This document shows positions 49,173 through 62,769 of a stretch of 64,000 nucleotides of DNA, in pieces; position 1 is the stretch's first letter, and every line of letters starts with the position of its first letter. Under the pieces are notes generated by a model. It was not told the origin of the DNA and searched no databases. It saw only the letters and a program-made list of their open reading frames with translations. The stretch is from assembly GCA_049724395.1 (NCBI GenBank), contig JAUGWO010000142.1, positions 62,001-126,000 on the forward strand, read 5' to 3'. The position numbers and the translations under genes are program-made. The DNA is from Spongospora subterranea f. sp. subterranea. Taxonomy: Eukaryota.

Positions 49173-49853
49173 CGTTGATCGATGCAGCCTATGCGGTATG
49201 GGTTTATGGTTATCAGAGACCCGCGCAGATTGGTCGGTTTGGCCTTGGCTGGGAGAGTGTAGTCCCTTTACACAGTGATAGGTCGGTTCCGGTTCCCGTT
49301 ACCGAACTGGCTCTGACGGATAAATAATACCGCTGGGCTGAAAGGGAGGGCTACCACTGCCAGACGATGTTGATATTGGTGCAGCCTGCTGGAATCATAT
49401 CAAGGTATTTGTGTGAGACCCCGCCCGTCTCTAATTGAGGTCAATCTAGAACACCCTCAGAAGCGCCTAGTGGTTATGGCCTACCGTTTTCATTCTCAAT
49501 CTGGTTGACTCGGATAGACATATGACTACAGATAGACTTGTTGAAAGTTTTGAACAGAATGGGGCAACCCATATTGAGGTGATGGGCAGCCAAGTTCTGC
49601 CGTATGTTTGAAAATAATGGAATAAACATTGATACGTTTTGAACAATGACTCTCTTCAAAATGGCCCTGCTTTTATTTTACGTGGAGCTTCTCGCGAGTG
49701 CATCATCACGGTAATACAATTTTTTGCCGATTAGACGACAGCTCGAATAATGAACTTGGTCGATGAACAAATCCTGATGTGCCGGGCGGGACCATGGTTT
49801 ATTGCGTAGTTGATCACGATCAGTTCTGGTCTGGCGACCGATCCTCCTGGCCG

Positions 49854-50996
49854 ATGGCGGCCAATTTCTGGCTGTCCAGCCATTGCAATCACTGGATCGT
49901 GCAAAGCAAGAAAGAGATCGATAAATCTAATGCACACGATCGTGATGTTTTGTCGACCGAAGAATTAGCTCATCTTCGCCTGTACTTTGTGGATTGTAAT
50001 CTATCCACAGAAAACATTCTTCTGACTCGCTGATCGGTATTCGATTTGATTTCAGTTATTACCTCACTAGGGACAAGTAAACATCTGAATTTGCGGCAAA
50101 GAATTATCGCCACTGCCGTTGTCTACTTCAAGCGATTTTATCTAGAGTAACTGGTGTTTGATTGCATCACGCTCGTTTTGGTTAAACCGCCGGTTATCTA
50201 TAGCCAGAGCTTTATTGAATTTGACCCGTTCCTGATTGCTCCAACCATGCTTTTTCTATCTGCTAAAGTATATGTTATCGTGAAATAATAATCGAGTTTT
50301 TTAAACTGGGTGTAGGTTGAGGAATGCGGTATTCATGGGAATGTTATGATTAATGCAGCTGTTGAAATTTTACCCACATTCCCATATACAGCCAAGCACT
50401 TGTTCGAGTGTGAATTCTTTGCCCTGGAACTGCTGCGCTTCGACTTGATTGTATTTCATCCATATCGCCCGATTACTTTGTAAGCGTTGGATGTATTCAC
50501 TATCCCGTATTCTGAACATTTAATCCTGTAGATATTTATCACATATTGGCCTGAACGATTGCCTTCAGACAGCCTGGGCTATCGCCAACGACTCATATGG
50601 GACCGATATTATGCTCCTATATCCTCCATATGTAAGCACGTATTCTCGGTTGGTCAAATATTCCTTTCCACAACTTACCGCGACTAGGTGATTGCTGTTG
50701 CCTGCATTCAAATGGCATGCAATTTTCATGAAAAAGATATACGGGAATGGAGTCAAAAGTTGAGAATAAAGATGGACCAGGTTGCCATGACTTGTTAATT
50801 TCATTTGCCAAGTGTGCATTCTAAAGGTGCTGTCTAGGTTTTTGAGGTGATTGCCGAAATCCTCTGCTATTACGATTTAAGGTCAAAATACACCCCACAC
50901 CAAACTGAAGAAGCTTTACAAAAACTACAGGCCATCACGTCTTCTTTCACATCGTCATCCTCTGCGCTTTCATCACCACCGAATAATCCAGTATGA
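49854..50996 (+). CDS. CCNC: Cyclin C (CDK8/Mediator kinase module), multi-exon
   Basis: MAANFWLSSH...LRQRIIATAVVYFKRFY...AKVEEC...LIVFHPYR...AWAIANDSY.TD..LLYPP. Confidence 0.93.
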
Positions 50997-51063
50997 ATGA
51001 TGTTATATATAAAACCTTTAATCCACCAATGAGTCTCTATCGTGAAGCACGCATGCGCCTAAA

Positions 51064-51785
51064 TCAGATGCCGTCTTCAAGTTTTTGAGACGACATCCAT
51101 TCGATGCTCTTGCTCGTCAGCATTGGTCAGCATTGCTCCTGACGGATTATTATAGCAGTACAGGTCTGACTAAAATCATAAACACCAGTAATCAGTGATT
51201 CCTCACAACTTGTTGAAGTATAGTGGACCCTGACCTAGATTGAGATGGATTCAATTTCGCTAAGATCCCCTCTTTAATTGCATCAATTTCCTCTAGGAAC
51301 TCAGTCATTTCATCTGCCGATGATTCTGTGTATTGTCCTTGACCATCCTGGAATGTAGCAAAACAAACATCTATAGCACAAATATCAATAGCAGATTATA
51401 ATCAGCAATAATACGAGCGTTTAACGACCACGAACAAATTGGCTTTTATCCGTCGGTAAAGATGTTAAACTATGAAGATAAGAACGAGCATTTCCGCCAA
51501 CAAGGCGCAGCCGGTATCCGGGATCTCGGCTATCTAGGTATGATTGAATGCGAACCTTTGACTCAATTAGGGTGGATATAAAAGATACAAATGATGGTCA
51601 CATACAACATTACGAGCAGCATCACGAAGCTCATTCTCAACTTGGTCAAGGGTAAAGGGCGGTTTCTGATCACCTAACCGGAACCGTATGTGGGACCAGA
51701 AATCGACATAGCTATTGAAGATGTTATTGGCGGCATGATTCTGCTCAGGGCTGAGATCAACAGTAAATCTGGTCTCAGCGGTCAT
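51064..51785 (-). CDS. Hypothetical spliced protein
   Basis: Exon chain MTAETRF...ELRDAARNV|IAEIPDTGCALLAEML...|...SKSIEWMSSQKLEDGI* with GT-AG introns. No family recognised. Confidence 0.5.
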
Positions 51786-52849
51786 GTGTGGCCTTGTAGG
51801 ACATTTGATCTGGTGCCGGACATTTTCGCCATCAATGAATTCATGCGGTCAATTTGACGTGGTCCCGGTGGGCAACGTGTTCACAAATACCAGAACTGTG
51901 AATCTGTGGGTTCTCGTGATGTTCGAGAAACACTGACCTTGCCTACGATTTCAGCAACAATACCGTTATGCGAAGGTTATTTGACCACTCAGTCTAGAAC
52001 CAAGATAGGTATATTTGAGAAATATTCGGAAACAGGTTCACACCATCGCAAGAGTAGCGTGCTTAAGATAGCTCAAGTAAGTTTTGAATTCTTTCACTGA
52101 AACTTTTTGCAGACTTGGCAGAAGAACTACCGTCGGCCCACTACGCGACAAGAACATCAAATTCTGGGAGACCGCAATTAATCGAAAACTTGCTGGATAG
52201 GTTCGATGTTCCAGCAGCAGTATTATCCGAAAAATAACGTTGCTGGCAACACATATTTTTGGGTTCAAAATCCTTTTTTGAGAAGTTCTAATGAAAACAC
52301 ATCGCGAAGTACGACATGAAAGACTGATGAATGAAGTTTCAAAATACGTTTTCTTTTTAAATTGACCCCATTCATCAGTCTTTTCAGTTACTTACAAATT
52401 GCAACGGCAGGATTACCATATCAAGAACTGTCGTTTCCGAGCATTTTCAAAGATTTTTTCCTCAGTACCGGGCAATTGCCTTATCAATACGGTCATGATA
52501 AGTCTAAATCATTGAGTAAAAGATGTCGCTCGACAATGCCGGGTATGGCTTTGAACGAAAAGGCTTCAGAGTATGTATCTGATGGAAACTTCTCCTTATG
52601 GAGCCCCAACTTCAAATAAAACAAAGACGAACAGCAAGAAAAGGAAATAAGTAAAACTGCATAAGCTGAATGAAGAACGAATCATCCACCAGTTTCCTTT
52701 TCTTGCTGTTTGTTTTTGTTTTGTTCTGGAGTTGGGGCTGCTTGTTGCTTGTTGTTGTTGTTGGTTATGAATTTGGTAGCGTGGGCCACACTAATTTAGG
52801 TGTCAAGGCGAAAAATCGACTGTTCAAAAATACTGTGGGGTACTTTGAA

Positions 52850-53430
52850 AAGTCATGCCCCCGTTGATAAGCTTGCCACTTGCGGTTGGTTCAAAACTAA
52901 CAATTGCAACGGGACATTGAGTTGTGGAATTGGTTGGGCTTGAGCACTTGGCTTTCGGAAGAAACGGCCCAGTCTGGCCTTGCACCAAAAAACATCCTGA
53001 GCATCATTAGACGATATGAAGCTAAGCTTTTGACACCACTTCATGATCCGTTATACAAACGCAAGCCAGCCAGCCACAAAAGTCGCCCAGACGTCAAAGG
53101 TCATAAAAATTATTGACAAATTTGCTACGGGATTCGTACTGTTACTACTGTATCAGTACAGTATCACACTCACGGGTCTGCCTGCCTCGCACAAAATATT
53201 TGCCCGCGTAATTCGTTGCATATTGCGAGAATTGAGACAACGCTGATAAATCGATCACACTGGAAATGCGATACAGCTTGATCTGATCTTTCCAAAACGT
53301 CATTTTGCATTGGGATAGAAAAGCAATAAATGTCTCTCAGACCATCACGCATCGCTATTTGCAATCACAATGACCATTGGTTGATGTATTGTATCGACGC
53401 TTTTAGAAGTTTTCTTGACGGGTAAGCTAT
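52850..53430 (+). mobile_element. Possible highly decayed MULE-type transposase remnant
   Basis: Broken-frame peptides SGLAPKNILSIIRRYEAKLLT.LHD.LY and HWLMYCIDAFRSFLDG loosely resemble MULE segments. Many stops. Weak. Confidence 0.2.
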
Positions 53431-53608
53431 CAAAGGTACAACACAATTTTGCTTGAGGTGCCGATCTCTGTCACATTGTAGAGGTAACCCGTTTCATTAG
53501 ATTGTACTGCTCATATGTGTCGGAGTCCGCCACGCTATTTCTTGTAATCGATCAACCGTCGTCCGTCATAAACTTTCCTGGGATTTCTGTAATTCATCAT
53601 TTTTCACC

Positions 53609-55113
53609 ATGTCGTCCCGTGACGAGAGCGTTTCATCAGGATCATCACACGCTGATGAAGAGGCGTCTATCGTTGAAGAGAAGGCAAAACGTTTTCGTCG
53701 CTATGCTGTCTATCTGCTCATTTTGTCGTCATTAGGTTGACGAGACTTTAAACTCTCAGGATGTAGTCACCAAGTATCGCACCTGCGCTGATATTGCCCA
53801 GCGAGTTCTTCAGAAACTGATTGGATTAGTGTCCAAGCCAGGTCATAAAATCATTCAGATCTGTCAAGTGGGAGATGGGTTTATCCTTAAAGAGGTAGAT
53901 GTCCCTGCGGTTACTACATGAGTTTTTTGTTGATCATGGTCTACGTCAGACTGGAGCTGTCTATAACAAACCTTCGGGTCCGAAGAAGGTCAAGGTTGAA
54001 AAGGGTATCGCGTTTCCAACATGTATCTCGGTCAACAATGTTGTTGGCAATTTTTCTCCTCTATCTGGTGATGAAACTGAAATCAAGCAAGGCGATTTGG
54101 TCAAAATTGACCTTGGTGTTCAAATCGACGGGTATTATTCAACTGTTCATTCTATTTATATAGTCTCATTTATATTTTCAGATATTGTGCTGTCGTTGCT
54201 CACACCGTTGTCTGTGGGGTTGAGGAGGTTTCGGGACGTGCTGCTGACGCTATCCTGGCCGCGTATAATGCTTCTGAATTGGTGGCTCGTACCCTTGTCG
54301 CGGGTAACAAGAATACGCAATGCACCGAGATCATTGAGAAGGTGGCAAAGGATTTCAATGTTGTACCCGTTCAGGCTGTTGTCAGCCATAATGTGTCACG
54401 AAATGTTATTGCCGGCAAAAAGGTTCAGTGATCCATATTTCTGGTCATTCATGAAGTAATGTTGTCGTATTTAGGAAATTATTTCTCGTACTGATACCAA
54501 CCATAAAGTCGATGCGTGCACAATCGATGCCCTTGACGTGTGGGTAATTGATATTCAGATGTCAACTGGAGAGGGAAAACCTAAAGAGGTCAGTGACTCC
54601 AGCTAATCTTAACTCTTGACGCTTCAATATTGTGATGTTGCAGTTGAGCAAGCCCACGACCGTTTTCATGCGAAAACCGGAAGTTAACTACAAGTTAAAG
54701 ATGCAGGCTTCTCGATTTGTTGCAAATGAGATCAAAACAAAATTCGGTGCGTTCCCCTTTACGCTGCGAAGCATCGAAGACAAACGTGCTAAGCTTGGCA
54801 TTGCTGAGTGCAAGACCCATGGTCTTGTACAAGCATATCCCGTTTTTGAAGAAAAAACTGGTAAGGTTACTGGTGTTAGAACAGCGGGGATTTGTAAATT
54901 AGTGCTATAGATGAGCTAGTTGCCCAGTTCAAGTTCACAGCCATGTTAATGCCTTCCGGAATTCTGAAAATAACCGGTCTTCCCGTCGATGTTTCCAAAT
55001 TCAAATCTGAATATAAAGTAACTGATGAAACACTTGTTGCCTTACTTAACCAGCCGCTGCGAATCAAGAAGAAGAAGAACAAGGAAGCCAAGATCGCCGA
55101 AGCAAGCGCCTAA
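53609..55113 (+). CDS. PA2G4: Proliferation-associated 2G4 / EBP1 (M24 peptidase fold), multi-exon
   Basis: DVVTKYR; EKGIAFPTCISVNN; GDLVKIDLGVQIDG; YKLKMQASR...FPFTLR...KLGIAEC; VAQFKFTA; Lys-rich tail. Confidence 0.95.
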
Positions 55114-55397
55114 CCTCTTTGACTATATACAAATTCTAGAATTGAGTGTATTTGCGTTCGTCAAATTCGACTCTGTAGAAGTGTATCGTTTATGCACAGT
55201 GGTGTCAGTACAACGTGTTAACGTGTGGTCCTGTGTCCATCGAGGCCATGCATCTCTGTGTATCGGGTTTACGTCTGATGCAGTGCCCATCATCACTGGG
55301 AAGCTGTTACAAGTTACGATTTATGGTACGCTGTGAGTTGTTCTTATGATGTAAGTATCCCCTATGCCGCCGCACATCATATGCGTCATCATTCATC

Positions 55398-58291
55398 ATG
55401 CACCGACAAATAAATATTTCCGAAAGACACTTAGCCTCGTGGCTATTGTGCTCATCGGGCGACGATGCTTTGCTCCAACTGCTACATGCGAGCCAGACTT
55501 CTGTGCAATGTATCATTCTCAAAGTTGATATGGCACCTCTTATGTATTCAGATTCTATATTGGTAAACTTGTGTTCTGTGATATGGCGTATCCTTTACCG
55601 TTCTGGCAGTACGAAAATTTGCTTTATAGATTTGCTGAGACTCAAAAGATGATCGAGAATGTTGCTAACCACTTCTTATCGTCCCCATTGTTTTTGTTGC
55701 CCAACGATTTGGGTGCAGTAGAAAAAATTCAATGTAACCGTTCGGTTAGAAAACCTCCCAATGTTCCCAGGGTCATTGAAAATTTAATATTTCTTAGATT
55801 GTAGTCTCATGATATTATTGTTTAGGTCCTCTAAACCGCACCTATTTTCACCGGGCCAGCACTTTGTTCCGTTTTCTGGGTTCATAGTGGCATGCCAGAA
55901 GCCACAAGTATTAGGGTAATATCGTTTTTCTTTCGACAATTTTCTTTGATATTTAGATTCTAGGAAGTCGGACCCGGAACTTTTTAAAAAATTCAAGACA
56001 ATGGAAATACAAACTTTGCAGATTGTTCTAATAAGGTTGGATTTGGATCCAAAGATCGGGTGGCGTTTTTCTTACAGAAATCAGTTAGTGCCCGTAACAG
56101 ATAAATTCCCTTCAAATTCATCGTTCTTTTAGGGAGTGCTTGGTTCTGGTTGATCATGAGTTAGTTAAACAGTTTGCATGTGGGCAGTTGGTGATCGGAA
56201 CCGGACGACTTACATTAGGCGACATCAATGATTCCTTCAAAAGATTGTCTTTCGAGGAAACACAAACACTCTTAAAAAGAAGTCCTTGTAAGGATGTCGG
56301 TGTATGGCGTTCAGAAATAACATGAATTTATGATACAGCGTCTGGTTTACTCGGAACATTGATGATCCATGCAAATACAATAACTTTGTTGAATAACTTA
56401 CCGAACGAACACTATCGATTTTTTCGCGAATTAAAATCGTCTCGTTACGCGGATGACTGTGCTCAGATTAGCAAAGTTAACTACTGGAGACAGGCATGTT
56501 ACTTGAATCTGTAATCCTGATTTTGTTTCTGAGTTTGGATAGGTTTTAACCGCGATTAACAATTCTGAACCTCAAGATTTGCCTAATTGCAATACGTTTC
56601 GCAGCCAACGTAAGAATTCGTCGCTCTTGATGTTTTGCAGGTCAACCATTTCAGTGCAGTTGCTTTTTATTGGAAGACCACCATGAATTTGTTGAAAGAG
56701 TTTGCCCGTATGTCTGCCTTGGGACATGCTTTCATGTGCATTCACATATTTTGCTTACGTTAAGACGGTGTCGTGAACGGTCGGTTCGACAAAATCAAAC
56801 TTCTTTTGCTTTTGTCATTGGTATCGGAGCCGAAACCTTTAGTAGAAAATGCTGGCATCAGCAGTTTCAAGAATAATGCGACGTAAATAAGTTCCATTTC
56901 TATTTATCACCAAATCTGACAACCCTTATGTAGCTTAGGATACGTTATTGATAACTTTTTTACAAAACGGGTGGCAGGGGCAGCATCTCTCCATAGCGCC
57001 GCGCACACGTATGACTCGTGGCGAAATGGTGTTGAAGATCAAAGCGAGTTCGACGATGCAATATCTATATTAATAGTTTCGGAAGATCCTAGAATTTCCA
57101 GACTGGTAGAAAAAGCCCCAATTATCGCTTCGAAAATTAATGCTGACTTAGGTTGAATGGGCCTCTCAATTCTATCCGTTACGAACAAAATTGACGATGT
57201 TTGCTAGTCAAAAGCATGTGTTGATGATTCCTCAGGGGTCACTTCTTATCGTGAAAGGAACAACCCTTGCCAAACGCTCGCACTTCGACCAATTAAAAAA
57301 CTCGCTGACGCGGGGCAAGATGGGTGGCTCCAGGTGTCTCTCAGAATGTTTGTTCTCATTCCAGCTTCGGATAATGTTTTGTTTCTAGAGCAAGTATCGT
57401 TTGGTGTGTCTACCCTAATCCGAGTACAACTACTTCAGTTAGGATATTCGAGACGATTGTTTCTCAAAAGTGACTGCAACACAATCGTTTAGTTACTGCG
57501 ATCAGCTCATATGTGTTATATAGCCTTTTTCAAAGTATAACGCTTTCCTCTAAAAGCGCAATGGCCACGAAATCGGAGGACGACGCTGCAGAGGCAGACG
57601 ATATCCTCGACTGCCAACAGGGTAAACAATGTCCTGACAGTGCTTCAGCGAAATTTTTTCGAGAAAATCTAGTCAATGTTAGTATAGAACATGTCAATTT
57701 TGTTTTGGGATGCGACTAACGAGTAACGCTGCGGTTTGATAGCTTCTGATTATGTCCCGTTCATTGCAAGTTAGGTAGTTAATCCATATTTAGAATTGAT
57801 AACCAGAAGCCCATTGAACGTATAGGTTCTCGAAAGCTTCTCGGAGCATAATCAAAGTTTTTTTTTCTATTTGCCGTATAGAATTTCAATATTCCATGTA
57901 CTCCCCAGTGATCTTCATGCCGCTGGAATTGATTTTTTATAGGAAATACCTTTCCACGTTAATTCGCTGCGCTAGCGCTCATGCTCGGCTGCAGTTGCGA
58001 ACTACAGTGAAGGTAGTAGATTGCCTGGTGGGTATCATGTTGATGGAGGAGACACGGGCAGCTACTCAAACGACTTCAGAGACAATGCTACATTTTACTA
58101 CGGATTATCCGTATAGATTACACATCGACATGGGTTACGATGGGGAAACTGTGATAATTGCTTTGAAAAATTTTCGACTGCTCATACGTTCATAGGAATC
58201 GTCCCGTTTCCTTTCCTTTTATGCTCATGTGCTTTCCATAATTCAAAAACGCGATCCAACGTTCAATATTAGCATCGAAGACGATGAATGA
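55398..58291 (+). CDS. Divergent MCM-family protein, probably MCMDC2-like; many introns
   Basis: C-terminal MCM lid-like LSTLIRCASAHARLQLRTTV...DCLVGIMLMEE; ILIVSEDP in place of a Walker A; MCM-N-like VDMAPLMYSDSIL. No canonical IDEFDKM seen. Confidence 0.6.
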
Positions 58292-58342
58292 AAGTGCATC
58301 GGACTGGAAAGCTGGAATCAAAATTAATTATTAGCTGGAAAT

Positions 58343-59442
58343 TTAATACAGATATAACATGATCCTTTCTCGAATGAGAGGCAGTTCGTCCCTGACGAGA
58401 CTGGGATTATTGACCACGGCAGCGAGCAGATTGCGCACGCCGACTGAACCGGTTTTCCCTTCCCTGGTTTCATCATCCGGAATCCTTTTTGACCTGTCTG
58501 CGATAGTATATTTGATGGTTTGACTGATAATTTGTTGAAGATGTGTTTCTAAACCGAGCATGAGCGATTCTATCGCCCCATCGGCCACATGTTTGAGACC
58601 AGCTTCCCTTGCTCGTCTGAGCACGGTAGACCGAACTTCTGCGAATCTGGGAAACCTGAAGGGAGCGGATGGACCATCACTATCCCCTAGTAAATAATCG
58701 AAATTCGCGCCTTGGATTCCGACATGCTGCATTGGAACATGTGGTAAATTCCCATTACTGCTGGCTACTGGCGTTGTTGGCGGCTGAATAAATGGTGGAA
58801 TCACCAAACGTTGTGTGAATGGACTGAAAACGGGTTCAGGTTTTTTCTTTTTTGGCGGCCGGGCTACTTTAGCTTGCGATGAAGCTGGAGGTAAAGCTAT
58901 TGGGCTTTTCGCTATAGCGGGGACAGGACAGACGGCTTGCTGATTAGTTATTGTTGATATTGTTGGGCTCAGTGGTTTCTTCACGGTTATTGAAGGAGCG
59001 TCTTCCACCGGAGGCAAATTTGGGAGATGATAAACTGCCTACGAACGATTCAGGAGGTGACGTCTATGGGGATGAATCATCGCTGGTTTACCTGTTCGGC
59101 GAGATGGAGGAATTTCAGTGCTCTGCGCATTGTAGAGAATGGCCAGAAAAAAGTCATTGTGTAGTGCCATGTTTTCTAAACCAAGCGTTGATAAAACTAT
59201 CTGGTATAGTTCTGTTCTGGAAATTTTAGCGCTCAGATAACTATCAACCGCCTTCCAATATTCTGGCATGCGCGAAGCACCTAGCGCAACATCGATGCGC
59301 CTTTTTTTTCGACGAGATCCAGTCGAGGCACCGATGGAACAAATGGCTTAATTTTGACAGGGGGCGCCGCGACCGCGCCCTGGGATGGAGGTGAAGGGGA
59401 TTGCGGCGCCATGGGCATCTCGACATTTAGGTCGAGATTCAT
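58343..59442 (-). CDS. TADA1: SAGA subunit Ada1/Tada1; one intron and one -1 frame break
   Basis: RLDLVEKK/RRIDVALG...EYWKAV.SYLSAKISRTEL...LHNDFFLAILYNA (SAGA-Tad1 N-terminus); histone-fold AREAGL..V...A...L.LGLETHL.QII. Confidence 0.82.
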
Positions 59443-59697
59443 TGCCGGACACGCCTTTATCACATCACAACGACACCACGCGCTTTTTCGGCAGGTCAAG
59501 GGACCTTGCAGACGCACGAAACGATGAAACAGATTTGAAAAAGGGATGAGTACCATGAGCGACACAGAGCTACAGACTTAGAACGGTCCATCAAACCCTG
59601 TCACAATCATTTCGGATAAACAGCGCGTAAGAAAATGGGGTGTATGAAGGTTTATTAAAATGACTGGACTTGAAGGGACAGTAAATATTATTGCTGA

Positions 59698-62233
59698 TCA
59701 CTTTGATTTAGTTTTCTTTTGACTTCGAACCGTCTTCGGAAACGTGTTCGCTTTCCTGGCACGCTTCTTGGGAGTGAAAACCGGCTATAATGTATGGGAA
59801 ATAAAAATGACGATGAAACGCTACGATTTGATCCCAGTCTACCTTAGCATGAGCATTGTCATGGGCAGCACTTGACTTCTTCGCTTGTAATGCAGGCTTG
59901 TTGCTAATTTTGTTTTTTTGCTGATTTTTAATAGATCCCGGTCCTCGCCATGACATGGTAATACCAGAGGTACTAAAAGTTGGTTTCGGCTTCAGCATTA
60001 GGGCACCAAACGTGGCAATATTTTGCAACGCCAACGTCGGTGTGTTCAACTGCTTGATGGCCTCCCTGATATCAATTGAGAACAAAAACAAAAAAAGGTT
60101 AGAGAGCGTACTTAATCTCAGATAGTTGTTTTTGATCTTTTGTTGAGCCCAATATGCTTTTATAGTTGTTTAACGTCGAAGTAAACATCTGTAATTGCTG
60201 ATTCGCCTCACTGATTGCAAATTAAATCACAGTTAGAACAACCGCATTATTCTGTAACCTGTTGATAAACGCCATACGACTGTTGAACATATCTTTTTTT
60301 TGTGCTAATTCGTTGGAAGAATCAGAAGGTTGACCTGTTGGCGTGAAAATACCTAGAACCTAAACGTCAAAATGTTTGTGTCAGAAGAGAAAAAAACCGA
60401 CAAAAAACAGACGAATAGACGACATTTCGGATAGCAACAGCGGATTTGGACGCGACCGCTACAAAGGCAGAAATGACACATTCAAATTCGGCAATTTGTA
60501 ACGCTGTTGATAAAGGCTTCGGTTTGGATGACAGGCTGCATAATAAACTCCACAACAGCGAAAGCGACTCCTGCGCCGCCGAAGGTTCAATTGATTCTGA
60601 CGCATTGTAGAGAACTCGAAGGGGTTGCAGCATGGGCAGCGGAGTACGATCTGGAAGGCACACAGGCGGTAAATAAACAAACCCAGGAAAACCGCAACCA
60701 TGTACCAGAGGACACAGGTATCCATAATGGAACAATATCAGAAAAGAATGCTTTGAGAAACTTAAAACTGGTGACTGAGCTTCTCATTGAGGATGGGCCA
60801 AGATGTTGAAATAAAGTCGAGAAATATGCCATTGTGTCACTAGGTGGAAAACTGGAGTTCTTCAACCTAGAACTCATACTTTCTACCAGCGCCTTTAAAA
60901 GTTACAAATTAAAGGGTAGTATGGAACGAAATCGTCATGAACAGACCGAAGTTAAAGAGCTCATTTGCGTATTATCGACGCGAGTGACTTCAATTTTGCG
61001 AATCGTGTCGAAAAAAAACTCGATATCGGCTAGCGGTAACAAAGGGATCGATTGATTCAGGATCAAATTGCGAATTTGAGTGACTAGCAAGCGCTGGTGA
61101 TCAAAATTAGCAGCAAATGAAGGATCTTTAATAATCCCGGGCAGGTTTTGTCGAAGAAAAGTCAGTTGGCCTTGACGCAATGCCGCAGGAGTATCTGACA
61201 TGTTTTAGGTCAAAGGAAAAAAACTACGATACCTTAAATTACCAGAATTGATAAGGATTTCGTACAATGGCACTATTGCTGCAGAGAAGTCAATGCGAAC
61301 AATACTGGAAAGCGCCGATTGAACTGTCTTTAATTCTAGTAAGCGTTGAACTGAGTGCAAGATATCGTGCACTTTGAAAGTGGCCTCTCACCTGATACAT
61401 CTTCGGCTACTAATAGCTGCTCCAGGACATATGCGACTCTGCCGACCCATTCCGGTGATTTTTCACATAACTTCTGTAATCCACGAATAGCAGACACTCG
61501 AACAATAGCCTAAAATATATGAACACTCATTTCATTACAGCATTTGACATGAACAGCCTCTGACCTCAACATCTTCACAGAAATCGAAGATAGCGTTAAT
61601 GGACGCCTCTGATGGATACCAATGAAAGAATAGCGGAATTTCAGACGCTAGTAAATTCCTAACCTGGTGTGTCACAATTAGACTCAGACTATGTAAAACC
61701 ATAAACTTTAGTGATCTAAAATGTGAGAAGACTTTTTCTGATGCAAATATATAACATTGAAACAAGATTACAATCAATATCTGCAGATGGTAAACCTTTT
61801 TCAGCCGTAATATTGATATATCTCAAGATGCCGTAAATAAATCTAAAGTCTATATTCACGGCGCAAATATTAGGAATCATGTGTCAAAATATTAACCGAA
61901 ATTATGGATATAACTCATAACTATAAAACCCGGGCCGAGTTAATTCCAGGTTTCAAATCCTAGGACAGAATAGGTTTCTCAAAACAACCAATCGTAATCC
62001 CGATACATATACGGAACAGAGAGTAACCCGTTTTTGACGCCATGCTTACTGACTTTCACATCTACATCGTGAACATGGCGCAACAATACGTCGAAATACT
62101 GTTTGGCACTCGCTACGGTCGGTGATAATTTATCACCGCCCTCGATGTTCTTCAGATGTTCTAATGCGGAATATATCTGGCTAACGCCCGATCCCGGAGC
62201 TGTTACCGCTCCACCAACAACGGTCACCGCCAT
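59698..62233 (-). CDS. API5: Apoptosis inhibitor 5 (API5)-like, multi-exon
   Basis: LLASEIPLFFHWYPSEASINAIFDFCEDVE|AIVRVSAIRGL matches the API5 N-terminus. FECVISAF and the C-terminal NI...L...KPTF...ITMSW also fit API5. Confidence 0.75.
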
Positions 62234-62769
62234 TACGGACTATTGAACCCCTCTCGACTTTGATTCACACTATATTGACACTCAACCACTCGAACTGCGC
62301 GTGCAATCTGACACGTCAGGGTCGTGCGGCCTCAGGAAGGTTGCGCCGCTCTGCTGGGATCAGAGTCGAGGAAGTACCAGTGGCTGTGTCAACTGAGGCA
62401 TCAAGTACTGGTTGACGCGCTGTGTTTCAGCCAACGTTTGAGTTCGAAACAGAGGAAGGGACGGATGTGTTGATTTGAAGGTTGATATTGAAACTGATCG
62501 ACAACTACGTTGAGTTGTAAACGTAGGATATGTATTGTCTCGTTCAACTCATTTGGCCATGCATTCGGACGTCAATGTGCTGATTGCCATTGTACCGTCT
62601 CGTTGTCGAAGCCCCCAACAAATCTGTCTCTTCACTTTGTTTCAGAGGCAAGGAACTGGTGGCGGCGTGGCTCAATTGTTCTTCTAAAGAAGGCTTTGAG
62701 GCCAGAGGGGTTCGACGGCCTATAGTCTAATGAGCCTGTTCATGCTTTTCAGCAGTTCCACACTGTTGA

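Noticed and set aside
59036..59091. Second apparent frame break in TADA1
   Set aside because: Explained by a GTAAAC...GCAG intron.
40370..59442. Functional clustering (two mitochondrial carriers + YME1; TAF12, cyclin C, TADA1)
   Set aside because: The carriers belong to different subfamilies and such genes are common. There is no evidence beyond chance adjacency.
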